A stretch of 54,982 nt of DNA from Candidatus Omnitrophota bacterium (lineage in GTDB: Bacteria > Omnitrophota > Gorgyraeia > Duberdicusellales > 4484-171). Position 1 is the stretch's first letter; every line of letters starts with the position of its first letter. The notes beneath the pieces were generated by a model. The model searched no databases. It was not told the origin of the DNA and was given only the letters and a program-made list of their open reading frames with translations. This document shows positions 1 to 9,635 of the stretch, one piece after another. A program made the position numbers and the translations under genes. The stretch spans positions 1-54,982 of the forward strand of contig JAGOLA010000002.1 in assembly GCA_017994375.1 (NCBI GenBank), given 5' to 3'.

Positions 1-3000
1 CATATTGGCCGTTTACTACTGCTCTTTGTAATTTACCCTCATCATTTGTCTCCATACGATAACCCATAACCGGATGTTTATCGAATAAATGCGGAGTAGA
101 AGCTTCTCGCCAATCAAAGTGGTTACGTGGATCTAGCCACTTCTCAATAGCTGAAATTCCCGGATCAAATACGGCTTTGGTAGCACCATAAGTAATAGCA
201 CCGGTCGAAGCAACATCTATAGCTAAAGGAGTTATAGTAGGAAGCTTTCTTAAACCATACCCTACTAAAGCACCAGTGCCAAAATAAGAAAGAGCATCCC
301 AGCCGTTATTAATATCCCCTCTTAAAGCTCCAATGCCTACCCCAGCAAGACCAGTACCAGTAGTATAGAAAGTTTTAAATTTAGCGGTGCTGGTAAATTC
401 AGAAACTTTATTTATCCAACCAGCTTCGCTAATGGAAGTACGCATTCTATGAGCAAAACTTAAACCGCCGATACCGGCTATGGCTAAACCGGCATTAGCA
501 ATATAATTTCCGGCTATATTAGCAATATCATTATCGGTAAAATTATCGACGCTCTTACCTATATAATACATTCCGCTTCCAGCACCGACCAAAGTAAGCG
601 GATGGTGGATAGCAAATTGAACTGGTCTGGTTTGTTCTAAACCTCTTATAAAAGCTGAATCGGAAATCTTTCCATAACCAGCACCAATAGCATTAAACAT
701 GGTTGATAAACCTATAGAAGAAGTAGCAAAAGTATCTAAACTATAGGCAGTGGTATAAGCTGATTGGCTAATAGCTTTAAATTGATCATCGCTGCCTAAG
801 GTTGGCATAATAAAACCAAGGCCAGTATTCCACTTCATAAAACTGGCTGCTCCTTGGTGAGCCTGGGCTGTAAAGTAACCTACGCGCTGTAAATTACTTA
901 ATGTAGAGTAAGGCATTGTACCACCCTCAAAGTAAGCTATACGAGTAGGTGAACCATTAAACATTACCTTCTCGCGAGATATGCTAATCGGAGCAACGGT
1001 TGTACTTCTTATGTTATCCCCTAGGTATTTAAATCCTGCTGTAGCACCCATTACGCCACCAACTAATCTACCCCACTGAGCTGGACCAGCCATACGGTTA
1101 GGATCATTTAACTGATTACCAAGTTGCTCTAGTTGTTTCTTAATTGAAGCTAAACTAAGAACTTCTTTAAAAGTTTCAATTGGTCTAGATAAGCCTAAGG
1201 CTGTATAGCTACCGCTGGCAGCTTGAGTAAAGGTATCTGTTGCAGATACTAGCATAGATGTTGGGAAGGCAGCTATAGGTGCGTAATCGTTCATAAATTT
1301 ATCAAACTTAACTCTTTCAGTATTACTTCTAATAGCTGAAATCTCTGGTAAATTATTATTGATACCGAACCATTTTTCAGCAATATTGCCAGCTGCCGAA
1401 ACTATATTTCGGCCGGGATTCATAAAGATACCGGTAATTCCACTGACCGGTCCAATAATTTCATGTAAAGGTTTAGATATCACACTACTGTTACCCGAAT
1501 AATTTAATTCGGTCTTAGCTAAAGCAGTAGAACCGGCTAAGAAATTTAAAGGCTGATTAAGACCAGTGATACTAATAAATCTTGTCGCTATTGGAGAATT
1601 ATTTATATTAAAAAATGGCCTAACTGGTTCAGCCACACGTTGCACTAAATCTTTGGTTCTAGTAATAAAAGTAGGAATTTTTTCTTGGGAAGCTACTACA
1701 GCAGAAGTACTTTTAGGTATTGCCCAGTTACCAACTCCGATAATACTACGAATAGCAAGTCCGCCCAAAGCACCATCAACATAATTCATGGGGCGGCTAT
1801 AACCACCATCTAAGAAATGAGGAGCGGCAATCGCGCCAATAGTAGGATAAGTTATCCAAGACCATCCTCTAGTCGGACTTAAAGCTGGTCCAATATACTT
1901 AAAAGTATTTCCAATTAATGGTATATCTCTACCGTATTGGATAAAACTTCTTGTAACTTGCCCTAAACCATTAAAAGCGCCAGTAAAAGCATAAGTAGTT
2001 CCGACATTAAATAAAGATTCGCCTAAATGCATTATTCGACCTTCAGTAGCAGCAGTACCGACATGCCCTAAAGCTAAATTAGCAGTTGCCAAACCTCTAG
2101 TAACAGGATTTTGAGGAATTGCTAAAGCACCAGCCCCAACTCTACTCCACCAACTTGTAGTTGTAGCTGCCGTATTAGCTAAACCAGTAGCACTACCAAG
2201 ATACCCAGCGATTTTTGCTCCAGCTGCTGGTAAAGCAAAAGACACACTAAGCACAGTAGATTCAGTAGGAGTTAAGTATTGTCCTGGAGTAACTAAATTT
2301 CCTCTAGCGTCATACCCGGCAGTTTGATAATACTTCAGTTCATCTGCAGCTAAACGAGTAACTCCAGCAACCGCAACTGTTGTCCGGCCTAAATTTATTC
2401 CTGTTACTTTACGAGTAGCGTATAACTCTAAAGCAACTTTACCTACTTGACCAGCTGACATTAATCCATACTCTAAACCGCTGCTCCATCTATTTCCTTC
2501 TCTCCACTCTTTTTTAGCATGTTCTTTAGAAAGACTAAAACCGATACCAAACTTCCAATCATTACCCATGAAAGCATAAGGTCTTCCCTTTTCATCTCTA
2601 ATTTCAAATTCCCAATCGCGCCAATCTGCAGAATTATTAGTATTCTTGATTCTTAAATCATCGCTAGCCCTCATTGCATTTAAAGCCCAAGCATTAGTAG
2701 TAGTTCTGTCCCAAGTAAATAATTCATTTAAATCTCCTGCAACGCTATTTGCAGCATATAACCACATGAAAGCTTCATGTGCTCCTGCTGATCTTCGCCA
2801 ACTATCACTATCAAATATAGCGCCGATAGCTGAGTCGACTCCCCACATTATGGCATGGACAGGGGTGCTTAAAGTATTACCTGCAAAATCATGTACTACC
2901 CATGATAATCCGTCGCCAACAACTCCGGCTACAGCGCCTCCAGTTTGACGTATTGGATGCCTTAGATGTTCGGGCACAGCAGCATGGAATATCGGGATAT

Positions 3001-6000
3001 CTGTTACCCGATAATCTGGAGTGGTACCAATCCAGTTATTCATATTCTGGAGGACATCTGACATAAAAGGATTACGTTGAATTTCAGGATTAGCCATTAA
3101 GCCAGCGATGGTTGTCGAGACTTTTTCTTTTTGTTCGTTATATTGAGCAGCTACACGTTTATATTCATCTCTTAATTGAGCTCTAGTCATTCCTAATTCA
3201 TTAATTGCTCTATCAGCATATTGCGGAGACATAAGTTGATTAGCAATAATATTCAAATTACGTTCCATTCTCTGCAATTGCACTTGGGTTTCAGCTACTT
3301 GTAAAACTGGAACTTTATTAGCCAGTCTTTGCAAAGCATCGACTTTTAAACCATCAGTATAAATAGCACCGGGTATACCCATAGAAGGTTGATCAGCTTT
3401 CGCAATTATCTGCTCTCTTTGTTCTAAGAATTTAACTGGGTCGTCAAAATTTAAAACTGCTTGAGCCTGATATAAAACTCTTAACTGGTTAGCAACTCTT
3501 AATTGCTCTTCACGAATGCTATCATCTCTATTATGAAGTATCCCTCGATACCAAGGCTGGCCGGCTAAATCACCATTAAGGTTTAATTCTCTAGACCAGC
3601 GTTGATTAAGATCAGCTAAACGTCTTTCTAAACCGCGTATCTCCTGCGGTAATCTTTCGGTACTATAACCCATTTCTCTTACCTTTTGAGCGTATTCGAC
3701 TCTAACTTGTGCAATTTGTTCTTGAAGTTGCCGAGGGGTCAAGACATCTTCGAATCTAATATTTTGCTGGGCAGTATTACCGATAGCATCGAATTTTATT
3801 ACATTGACTTTACTAAATTGTAAATGATAATTCGCAATATGTTCATTGTTATATTTAGGATTAGTTACCACTTTAAATACCTTATCTCCCGTAAAACCAT
3901 TGTTAGTAATTGCGTAATTTCTCAAATCCTGGGCAATGCTACCGGAGAAATTATAATTAAAACCCGAAATAAAATTAGAGGCTTTGCCGGAAAGTAAGCC
4001 GTCAGCGCCAAGAGTAATAGTAGTAAGGGCTCTTGTCGTAAAGGGGATATTCCTTGCAATTTGTTTATCAACTCCGGCCTCTTTATTCTGAGAACCTTGA
4101 TATTGAGAAGCTTGAACAAATAAGGGTTGTTTTCCTTCTGAAAGAGTAATGCTGATAGAATTACCCAGGCGCTCTAAGCCAATAACATTGCGCCATTGGC
4201 CAGGTTCGGTCATAAAGCGGGCATTATCAAATATTTGTTTTATATTGCCTTGGATATTACCTAGTTTATCCCAACGAATAGCATTGGCGAATTCACCCAC
4301 TGCTTTTTGGCCAACAGGATCTCTAAAAGTAACAGTAAAACGGTTGTTATCTAAAGGCGTTAAATAACCATTATGAGCGGTAATAAGCTGGCCAACGTTA
4401 TTAAAAATAATAGTTTCTTTATCTTGAATAGTTAAACCACCGTCAGCTAAAGACTTGCCAGCAGAAACTTGTCTAGTAAACCCTAGGTCTCCTTTAAAAC
4501 CTTGGCTGGTTATAGCATAGTTTCTTACATCCTGGGCAATGCTACCGGAGAAATTATAATTAAAACCCGAAATAAAATTAGAGGCTTTACCGGAAAGTAA
4601 GCCGTCAGCGCCAAGAGTTAAAGCTTGCATTGGACGAGCGGTAGCAAGATTATCTAAAGGTTGATAATAACCGGTTTTAACCTGATTAAAGAATTCTTCG
4701 TTAGTGGCTGCGGGAGGTTTAAGTAATTCTGATTGGATACTTTGTCTAAATAACGGCTGTTTTCCTTCTGAAAGAGTAACGCTGATAGAATTACCCATCC
4801 GCTCTAGACCAACAACATCTCGCCATTTCCCAGCTTCGGTCATAAAGCGGGCTGATTCAAATACCTTATTAATATCGCCGCTAACAGCACCTTGTTTATC
4901 CCAACGGATGGCATTAGCGAATTCACCAATGGCTTGTTGGTTAGCAGCATCTCTAAAAGCAATAGCAAATCTATTACCATCTATAGGTTGAATATAACCA
5001 GCATGAAGTTCAGTAGGTTGTCCTAAAGAATTAAAGTGAATAGTTTCATTATTAATAAAGGTCAAACCGCCACTAGCTAATAATTTAGAATTTCTATCTA
5101 CTTGAACGCTAAGAGCAGTATCGCCACTTATCTTAGAAACCACTGTTGCATTTCTAAAATCACCTGATAAAGAAGGCGAAGAACTTAAAGATGAAAATAG
5201 AAGATTAGTCTGTTGAATTCCATCGGCAAAAACAAATTCACCCTCTTTATGCAAAGTCAGAGTACGTGGGCCGATATTAATTGCGTTACCAAGAGAATCT
5301 ATATTAGAGTTGGTTTGGAATTCAGGAGCGAAAGCTCGATTTAAAACTAAAGGATTATCTCCGCTGAACTGGATAAAAGGAGTCTTACCGCTATCGGCAA
5401 TACCTTGTTTAGTGATATTAAGTTGTACTACTGGCTGATTAACTTTATCAAAAGGAGTAGCTAATCTAAAAGCACTATCAACCTTAAAAGAGTTATCTAT
5501 AAATTGTATTCCGCTATCAGTAGCTACACCCCAGAAATTGACTCCGTTTAATAGAACTCTATTCTCAACAATTTTACCAGTTACTGGATTCTGTATAAGA
5601 GATACGGAATCAGTATAGATATTATTCCAACCTGATACTACGCCCGGAGTACTTAACTTCTGAATAGCCCAACCTTCCATATTCAAAGCAACATGGCTTC
5701 CGGCTAAACTTTGTAGTTTGGAGTTATTGCCGCCAATTTGTTCCGGTCTAGCAGCAGCAATAACTTCCGAAGCAATATTCCTATTGCCATCAAAAGCTAC
5801 CGCAGCTACAAACTTATTCATATCTACAGTATTAAAACCGGTATTTGCAAAGTTATTCTGTGCACCTACGAATTGATGGTTAGCATTATGAAACATTGGT
5901 GAAAACGATAAGGCATCTTGGTTAAGCTGTTGCGGTCCGGTTATTTGAAGCGGTATAGAAGCAAAATGACTCTTATCAGTTAAGGCTGTAGAAATATAAG

Positions 6001-9000
6001 TACTGTTGGCTAATTGGGCGGTACTAAAATTGCCTCCACTGAAAGGATTGTTAATTCCGCCAACACCACCAGAAGTAACTGACTCGGAAGAAAAGATAGC
6101 TGTAGTCCCGCTATTGATTCCTATTTTAGAAAAATCAAAAGTTTGGGCATTAAAAGCTAAAGTTCTATTGTTAATTACCTGAACAACTTTTAGAGCTTGA
6201 GTTTCAGGGGTAAAGTTTTGGTTAAGTTCCCAAGGTTTTCCAAAAGTAGTACTATAGGTTAATCCCGGTAATTTTCCTGCCCCAAGATTATCTTGTTGGA
6301 TGGCTTCTAAATTAGTTTTAACTCCCAAAGGCGATAAATCTTGTAATTTAGTGGTTCTAAAGAAAAGCGGATCAGCGCCTTCTATAGCTAATGGCCCATT
6401 AACACCAATTTGCATTCCTGCACCCCAGAAAGAATTGTGTTCTCCATACATATGTATAGAGTTAGCTGGGCTAACATTTTGGCTAAACCTAGCTATTGCT
6501 CCTACTCCGAAATTATTACTGACTATGCCTTGATGTACATAATTATCCTGACTAACTACTTTAGCTAAATCTACGTTAGGTAAAACCCAAGATAATTGCC
6601 CTTCCAATCTTCCCGTATTAATATCATTAGTAGGACTTAAAGTATAATTGGCTTTCGAAAAATATAACTGGGGTATTGAAGAGGCCCCTTGATTACCACC
6701 GGCAGAAATAGGCCCCATACCAGGCAAAGCCTCCAGAGAAACGCCCTGACCTAAAATCTCTAAGGCCTGAGCACCTTGGAGAGTATGGGTAATACGGGCT
6801 TGGTCTATAATAGTGTTCTGGCCGCCGCTTTCGATTGCTCCTCTGGCACTGTGCAAACCTTGAAGAGGAGCATAAATATAACTTCCATTTTTAAGAGCAA
6901 TTAAACTGGTTTGAACAGTACCACTTACTGAATTTGGTTTTACTTCTGGACCAATATAAGGAAGTTCACCCGGCGCTAAATTGTAAGTTCCGGGTTGACC
7001 TAAAAGAATCATAGCAAGATGATTATTGGTAGGAACTGTATCTTGCCCGATAGCTCCTCCAAAGTGGAAAGTCCTATCTAAAAAGACATTTTGAGGATCT
7101 TTAACTTCGGCGCGGGAAGTCTGAACTCCTTCGTTATTTATATAGCTTTGTTGGACATAAGATATGGGGTTATTTTGAATATGATTGCGCCAAGCAACAG
7201 CTGTAGCAGCACTATCATTCCAATTGCTAAGAGTTCCGAATGATTTCTCGCTATATGAAGTAGGTAAACCGACAAAGCTATCTTTTAAATAACTCTTTTC
7301 AAAAGCAACTACAGCATCGCCTTCTTTGGCTTTACCAACTATAACTTCTTTTCCTTGCTTTTCATCCCAGACAGAAATTACGCCTACTCTAGCTAGCCAA
7401 TTCTGATTATCACTGATATATTGCGCTCTAGCTTTAGGATCTGCTATACCGCTCAAAGTTGTTTGAAAAGCAGCATAATCTTGTTGAGCTTTGCTATCTT
7501 TAAAAAACTTTTCATGCATCCAATCGTTAGTAGCAACACCAAGGGCTGTAGAGCCAAAATTAGCTCCGGGGTTTAAGACTGAAAGGCCGTCTTCAGAGCT
7601 AAACCAAGGCCTTTCTGCCCAACTTAATTCTTCGCCTCGGGCTTGTTTCGCAGCAGCCTCTCTATTATTTAAAGCACTACCGTTTATATAATCTAAGCCG
7701 GTACCAAGCACAACCCCTACCGCACCACCACTAGATTTTAAGCCCGTAGCTATTGTTCCAAATACATCTTTCCAGAGTTGGCCTTTATCATCCCAACGGC
7801 TTGAAGCTTGAGCCTCCGTAGAAGGAGCTGGGACAGCAGAAGCAGCAGTGGTTTGCGTTGTAATCGTTGGAGTAGAAGTAGAATTAGCTACGGTATTAGA
7901 AGATCTATCCATATAAGTAGTAGTGCCGGATGTAGCACTAGGATAAGCAACACCTGAAGAAGCAGCGCTTTTACCCATATTTTCAGACATATTACCAACA
8001 GCGCTATGGATTGAACGAGCAATGCCTCTGGCCTCTGTTCTATCGGTAACTAAGTGCGAAGGAAAAATACCATCTGCGGTTTCTTTTATAGCCTGGAATT
8101 TAGAGTTAGAAGAAGATTCGAATCTATTGCTCGAAGCATTCGCAGCTGTTGCCTGTGGCTGAGAAGCAGCAGGACTTGATGCTGACGGCTGATTAACATA
8201 TACTCCTGAAGGGCTACTACTAGCTGGCCTAGAAACATTACTCTCATACCAATTCTGGCTTACCGGTCCAAAAGCCCGGCCGTCATTAGTTACTCCACCA
8301 TTTTTTACATAGTTATCATAGCTACCTGGGCCAGGAGTGTTGTTTGAAAAACTCTGAGATTGCCCTGAAGCTGCTGTAACAGGAGCAGAATAATTAGTGT
8401 TACTATAATTCTTAGGTGCTGTCTGGGCCTGAGAAGCAGAGCTTACTGCTGGTGCTTGATTAACATAGATACCTGGCCCAGAAACCGTCTGAGAAACTTG
8501 GGCTGAAGCTACTGGTTGAGAATAATTATTAGTAGAAGGGCTCGGAGAGTAAGAAGACGATATATAGCCTACTGCAGTATCAGCGGCTTTAGATATTGCT
8601 CCACCGGTTGCCCTATCGACAGTGCTAACTACGGCACTAGTAGTAGGAAATACTACTGATAAAGTGGACTTCACTGCTCCCCAAGTAGAAGAGCTTTGGG
8701 AGTCAGTGTTACCGACCGAAGTCGGATACTGATTCGAAACTGCTGAAGTATTAGAAGAATAATTAGCGCCAGTATAATTCGAAGACGCTGCTGCTGGCTG
8801 AGAAGTAGGAGTTGATGCTGACGGCTGATTAACATATACCCCAGAATTAGGGTTGCTATAATAATTACTAGCTGGCCGAGAAACATTACTTTCATACCAA
8901 TTCTGGCTTACCGGTCCAAAAGCCTGACCGTCATTAGTTACTCCGCCATTTTTTACATAGTTATCATAGCTACCTGGGCCAGGAGTGTTATATTGTTGTA

Positions 9001-9508
9001 CGCTAGATCCCGCATAAGGAGTAGCAGTCGGAGTAATATTGTAGTTACTAGAATTACCGCTGCTAGTAGCTGGTGAATAAGTGTTATAGCCATAATTGTT
9101 GGCTGGCGAATAATTAGCCGAATAAGTAGTGGTCACATAGTTATAATAATTTTGATAGTTGTAATTGTTATAGCCGTAATAGTTGGAATTATACTGGTAG
9201 TCTGAACTGCTGCTATTGGAACTGGAAGAAGAAGAGGAATAATTCGAATCCGAAGATAAATCATACATCTCGGCATAAAGTTTGTTTAAAGAAAACAAAG
9301 AGCTCAAAATTCCTTTTGGCTTGGAAGGCAAAGGTGAAAAATATCCTTTTGAGGCAGAATAATAAGCCGGATTACTCGCTGAAGCTATATCCTGGTAGAC
9401 AAAACAGAAAAGCACGATAAAAGCAATTACGCGCATCCAAGGTTTAAAACTTGGACTGTGTAATTTGTTGAAAACTTTTAATTCTAAATTATCTATGTTA
9501 TCGTGCAT
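1..9508 (-). CDS. Giant secreted or surface protein. Only the N-terminal 3,169 codons are in the window; the ORF runs off at position 1 with no stop.
   Basis: The minus-strand frame starting at ATG 9508-9506 has an in-frame TAA just upstream at 9514-9512. Read by eye, it stays open to position 2. The supplied track lists only ORFs of 100 aa or less between 1 and 9500, which fits one unterminated ORF rather than fragments. The N-terminus reads MHDNIDNLELKVFNKLHSPSFKPWMRVIAFIVLFCFVYQDIASA, which looks like a signal peptide or membrane anchor. I recognised no known domain. Confidence 0.85.
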   Translation of the reverse strand, partial: MHDNIDNLELKVFNKLHSPSFKPWMRVIAFIVLFCFVYQDIASASNPAYYSASKGYFSPLPSKPKGILSSLFSLNKLYAEMYDLSSDSNYSSSSSSSNSSSSDYQYNSNYYGYNNYNYQNYYNYVTTTYSANYSPANNYGYNTYSPATSSGNSSNYNITPTATPYAGSSVQQYNTPGPGSYDNYVKNGGVTNDGQAFGPVSQNWYESNVSRPASNYYSNPNSGVYVNQPSASTPTSQPAAASSNYTGANYSSNTSAVSNQYPTSVGNTDSQSSSTWGAVKSTLSVVFPTTSAVVSTVDRATGGAISKAADTAVGYISSSYSPSPSTNNYSQPVASAQVSQTVSGPGIYVNQAPAVSSASQAQTAPKNYSNTNYSAPVTAASGQSQSFSNNTPGPGSYDNYVKNGGVTNDGRAFGPVSQNWYESNVSRPASSSPSGVYVNQPSASSPAASQPQATAANASSNRFESSSNSKFQAIKETADGIFPSHLVTDRTEARGIARSIHSAVGNMSENMGKSAASSGVAYPSATSGTTTYMDRSSNTVANSTSTPTITTQTTAASAVPAPSTEAQASSRWDDKGQLWKDVFGTIATGLKSSGGAVGVVLGTGLDYINGSALNNREAAAKQARGEELSWAERPWFSSEDGLSVLNPGANFGSTALGVATNDWMHEKFFKDSKAQQDYAAFQTTLSGIADPKARAQYISDNQNWLARVGVISVWDEKQGKEVIVGKAKEGDAVVAFEKSYLKDSFVGLPTSYSEKSFGTLSNWNDSAATAVAWRNHIQNNPISYVQQSYINNEGVQTSRAEVKDPQNVFLDRTFHFGGAIGQDTVPTNNHLAMILLGQPGTYNLAPGELPYIGPEVKPNSVSGTVQTSLIALKNGSYIYAPLQGLHSARGAIESGGQNTIIDQARITHTLQGAQALEILGQGVSLEALPGMGPISAGGNQGASSIPQLYFSKANYTLSPTNDINTGRLEGQLSWVLPNVDLAKVVSQDNYVHQGIVSNNFGVGAIARFSQNVSPANSIHMYGEHNSFWGAGMQIGVNGPLAIEGADPLFFRTTKLQDLSPLGVKTNLEAIQQDNLGAGKLPGLTYSTTFGKPWELNQNFTPETQALKVVQVINNRTLAFNAQTFDFSKIGINSGTTAIFSSESVTSGGVGGINNPFSGGNFSTAQLANSTYISTALTDKSHFASIPLQITGPQQLNQDALSFSPMFHNANHQFVGAQNNFANTGFNTVDMNKFVAAVAFDGNRNIASEVIAAARPEQIGGNNSKLQSLAGSHVALNMEGWAIQKLSTPGVVSGWNNIYTDSVSLIQNPVTGKIVENRVLLNGVNFWGVATDSGIQFIDNSFKVDSAFRLATPFDKVNQPVVQLNITKQGIADSGKTPFIQFSGDNPLVLNRAFAPEFQTNSNIDSLGNAINIGPRTLTLHKEGEFVFADGIQQTNLLFSSLSSSPSLSGDFRNATVVSKISGDTALSVQVDRNSKLLASGGLTFINNETIHFNSLGQPTELHAGYIQPIDGNRFAIAFRDAANQQAIGEFANAIRWDKQGAVSGDINKVFESARFMTEAGKWRDVVGLERMGNSISVTLSEGKQPLFRQSIQSELLKPPAATNEEFFNQVKTGYYQPLDNLATARPMQALTLGADGLLSGKASNFISGFNYNFSGSIAQDVRNYAITSQGFKGDLGFTRQVSAGKSLADGGLTIQDKETIIFNNVGQLITAHNGYLTPLDNNRFTVTFRDPVGQKAVGEFANAIRWDKLGNIQGNIKQIFDNARFMTEPGQWRNVIGLERLGNSISITLSEGKQPLFVQASQYQGSQNKEAGVDKQIARNIPFTTRALTTITLGADGLLSGKASNFISGFNYNFSGSIAQDLRNYAITNNGFTGDKVFKVVTNPKYNNEHIANYHLQFSKVNVIKFDAIGNTAQQNIRFEDVLTPRQLQEQIAQVRVEYAQKVREMGYSTERLPQEIRGLERRLADLNQRWSRELNLNGDLAGQPWYRGILHNRDDSIREEQLRVANQLRVLYQAQAVLNFDDPVKFLEQREQIIAKADQPSMGIPGAIYTDGLKVDALQRLANKVPVLQVAETQVQLQRMERNLNIIANQLMSPQYADRAINELGMTRAQLRDEYKRVAAQYNEQKEKVSTTIAGLMANPEIQRNPFMSDVLQNMNNWIGTTPDYRVTDIPIFHAAVPEHLRHPIRQTGGAVAGVVGDGLSWVVHDFAGNTLSTPVHAIMWGVDSAIGAIFDSDSWRRSAGAHEAFMWLYAANSVAGDLNELFTWDRTTTNAWALNAMRASDDLRIKNTNNSADWRDWEFEIRDEKGRPYAFMGNDWKFGIGFSLSKEHAKKEWREGNRWSSGLEYGLMSAGQVGKVALELYATRKVTGINLGRTTVAVAGVTRLAADELKYYQTAGYDARGNLVTPGQYLTPTESTVLSVSFALPAAGAKIAGYLGSATGLANTAATTTSWWSRVGAGALAIPQNPVTRGLATANLALGHVGTAATEGRIMHLGESLFNVGTTYAFTGAFNGLGQVTRSFIQYGRDIPLIGNTFKYIGPALSPTRGWSWITYPTIGAIAAPHFLDGGYSRPMNYVDGALGGLAIRSIIGVGNWAIPKSTSAVVASQEKIPTFITRTKDLVQRVAEPVRPFFNINNSPIATRFISITGLNQPLNFLAGSTALAKTELNYSGNSSVISKPLHEIIGPVSGITGIFMNPGRNIVSAAGNIAEKWFGINNNLPEISAIRSNTERVKFDKFMNDYAPIAAFPTSMLVSATDTFTQAASGSYTALGLSRPIETFKEVLSLASIKKQLEQLGNQLNDPNRMAGPAQWGRLVGGVMGATAGFKYLGDNIRSTTVAPISISREKVMFNGSPTRIAYFEGGTMPYSTLSNLQRVGYFTAQAHQGAASFMKWNTGLGFIMPTLGSDDQFKAISQSAYTTAYSLDTFATSSIGLSTMFNAIGAGYGKISDSAFIRGLEQTRPVQFAIHHPLTLVGAGSGMYYIGKSVDNFTDNDIANIAGNYIANAGLAIAGIGGLSFAHRMRTSISEAGWINKVSEFTSTAKFKTFYTTGTGLAGVGIGALRGDINNGWDALSYFGTGALVGYGLRKLPTITPLAIDVASTGAITYGATKAVFDPGISAIEKWLDPRNHFDWREASTPHLFDKHPVMGYRMETNDEGKLQRAVVNGQY
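3890..5077 (-). repeat. In-frame tandem duplication inside the giant ORF: two units of about 200 aa.
   Basis: 88-bp cores at 3928-4015 and 4531-4618 differ at one base, giving a period of 603 bp. Both units encode ...GGLT..ETI.FN..GQ....GY..P.D.NRF...FRD...Q.A.GEFANAIRWDK.G...G.I...F..ARFMTE.G.WR.V.GLER.GNSIS.TLSEGKQPLF ... LTLGADGLLSGKASNFISGFNYNFSGSIAQD.RNYAIT. The plus-strand shadow ORFs 4149-4367 and 4704-4991 mirror the same repeat. Confidence 0.85.
8158..8990 (-). repeat. Two-copy repeat of about 185 bp inside the low-complexity N-terminal part of the giant ORF, with a period of about 640-648 bp.
   Basis: Segments 8158-8342 and 8797-8990 are near-identical. Both encode NTPGPGSYDNYVKNGGVTNDG[QR]AFGPVSQNWYESNVSRPAS...SGVYVNQPSAS. 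Confidence 0.8.
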
Positions 9509-9590
9509 AAATTAAAATAAAATTATAAATATAAAAATGGCCCCTCTTCTTTTCTCCCCAAATTGTGCGTTGGCTTTTTCTATTCTCATA

Positions 9591-9635
9591 AAATAAAAAC
9601 CGGATTGCCTTCTCTTTTGAGATTCGGCAACCCGG
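9591..9635 (-). terminator. Intrinsic terminator forming the expression platform of the riboswitch at 9591-9735.
   Basis: On the RNA, CCGGGUUGCC (9635-9626) pairs with GGCAAUCCGG (9609-9600) over 10 bp including one G-U. A UUUUUAUUU tract follows (9599-9591). The 5' arm of the stem is also the 3' strand of the aptamer. Confidence 0.7.

Noticed and set aside
9236-9255. A ttcgaatcc string resembles a tRNA T-arm.
   Set aside because: It lies inside the giant ORF (codons ...GAT TCG AAT TAT...), and no acceptor or anticodon arms can be drawn around it. I found no tRNA or rRNA in the window.
1-9500. The apparent lack of ORFs in the first 9.5 kb could mean non-coding DNA, a pseudogene graveyard or a recoded genetic code.
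   Set aside because: One minus-strand frame is continuously open from 9508 to the window edge under the standard code. Neighbouring genes terminate with TGA, TAA and TAG. The gap is therefore an artefact of the ORF track requiring a stop codon inside the window.
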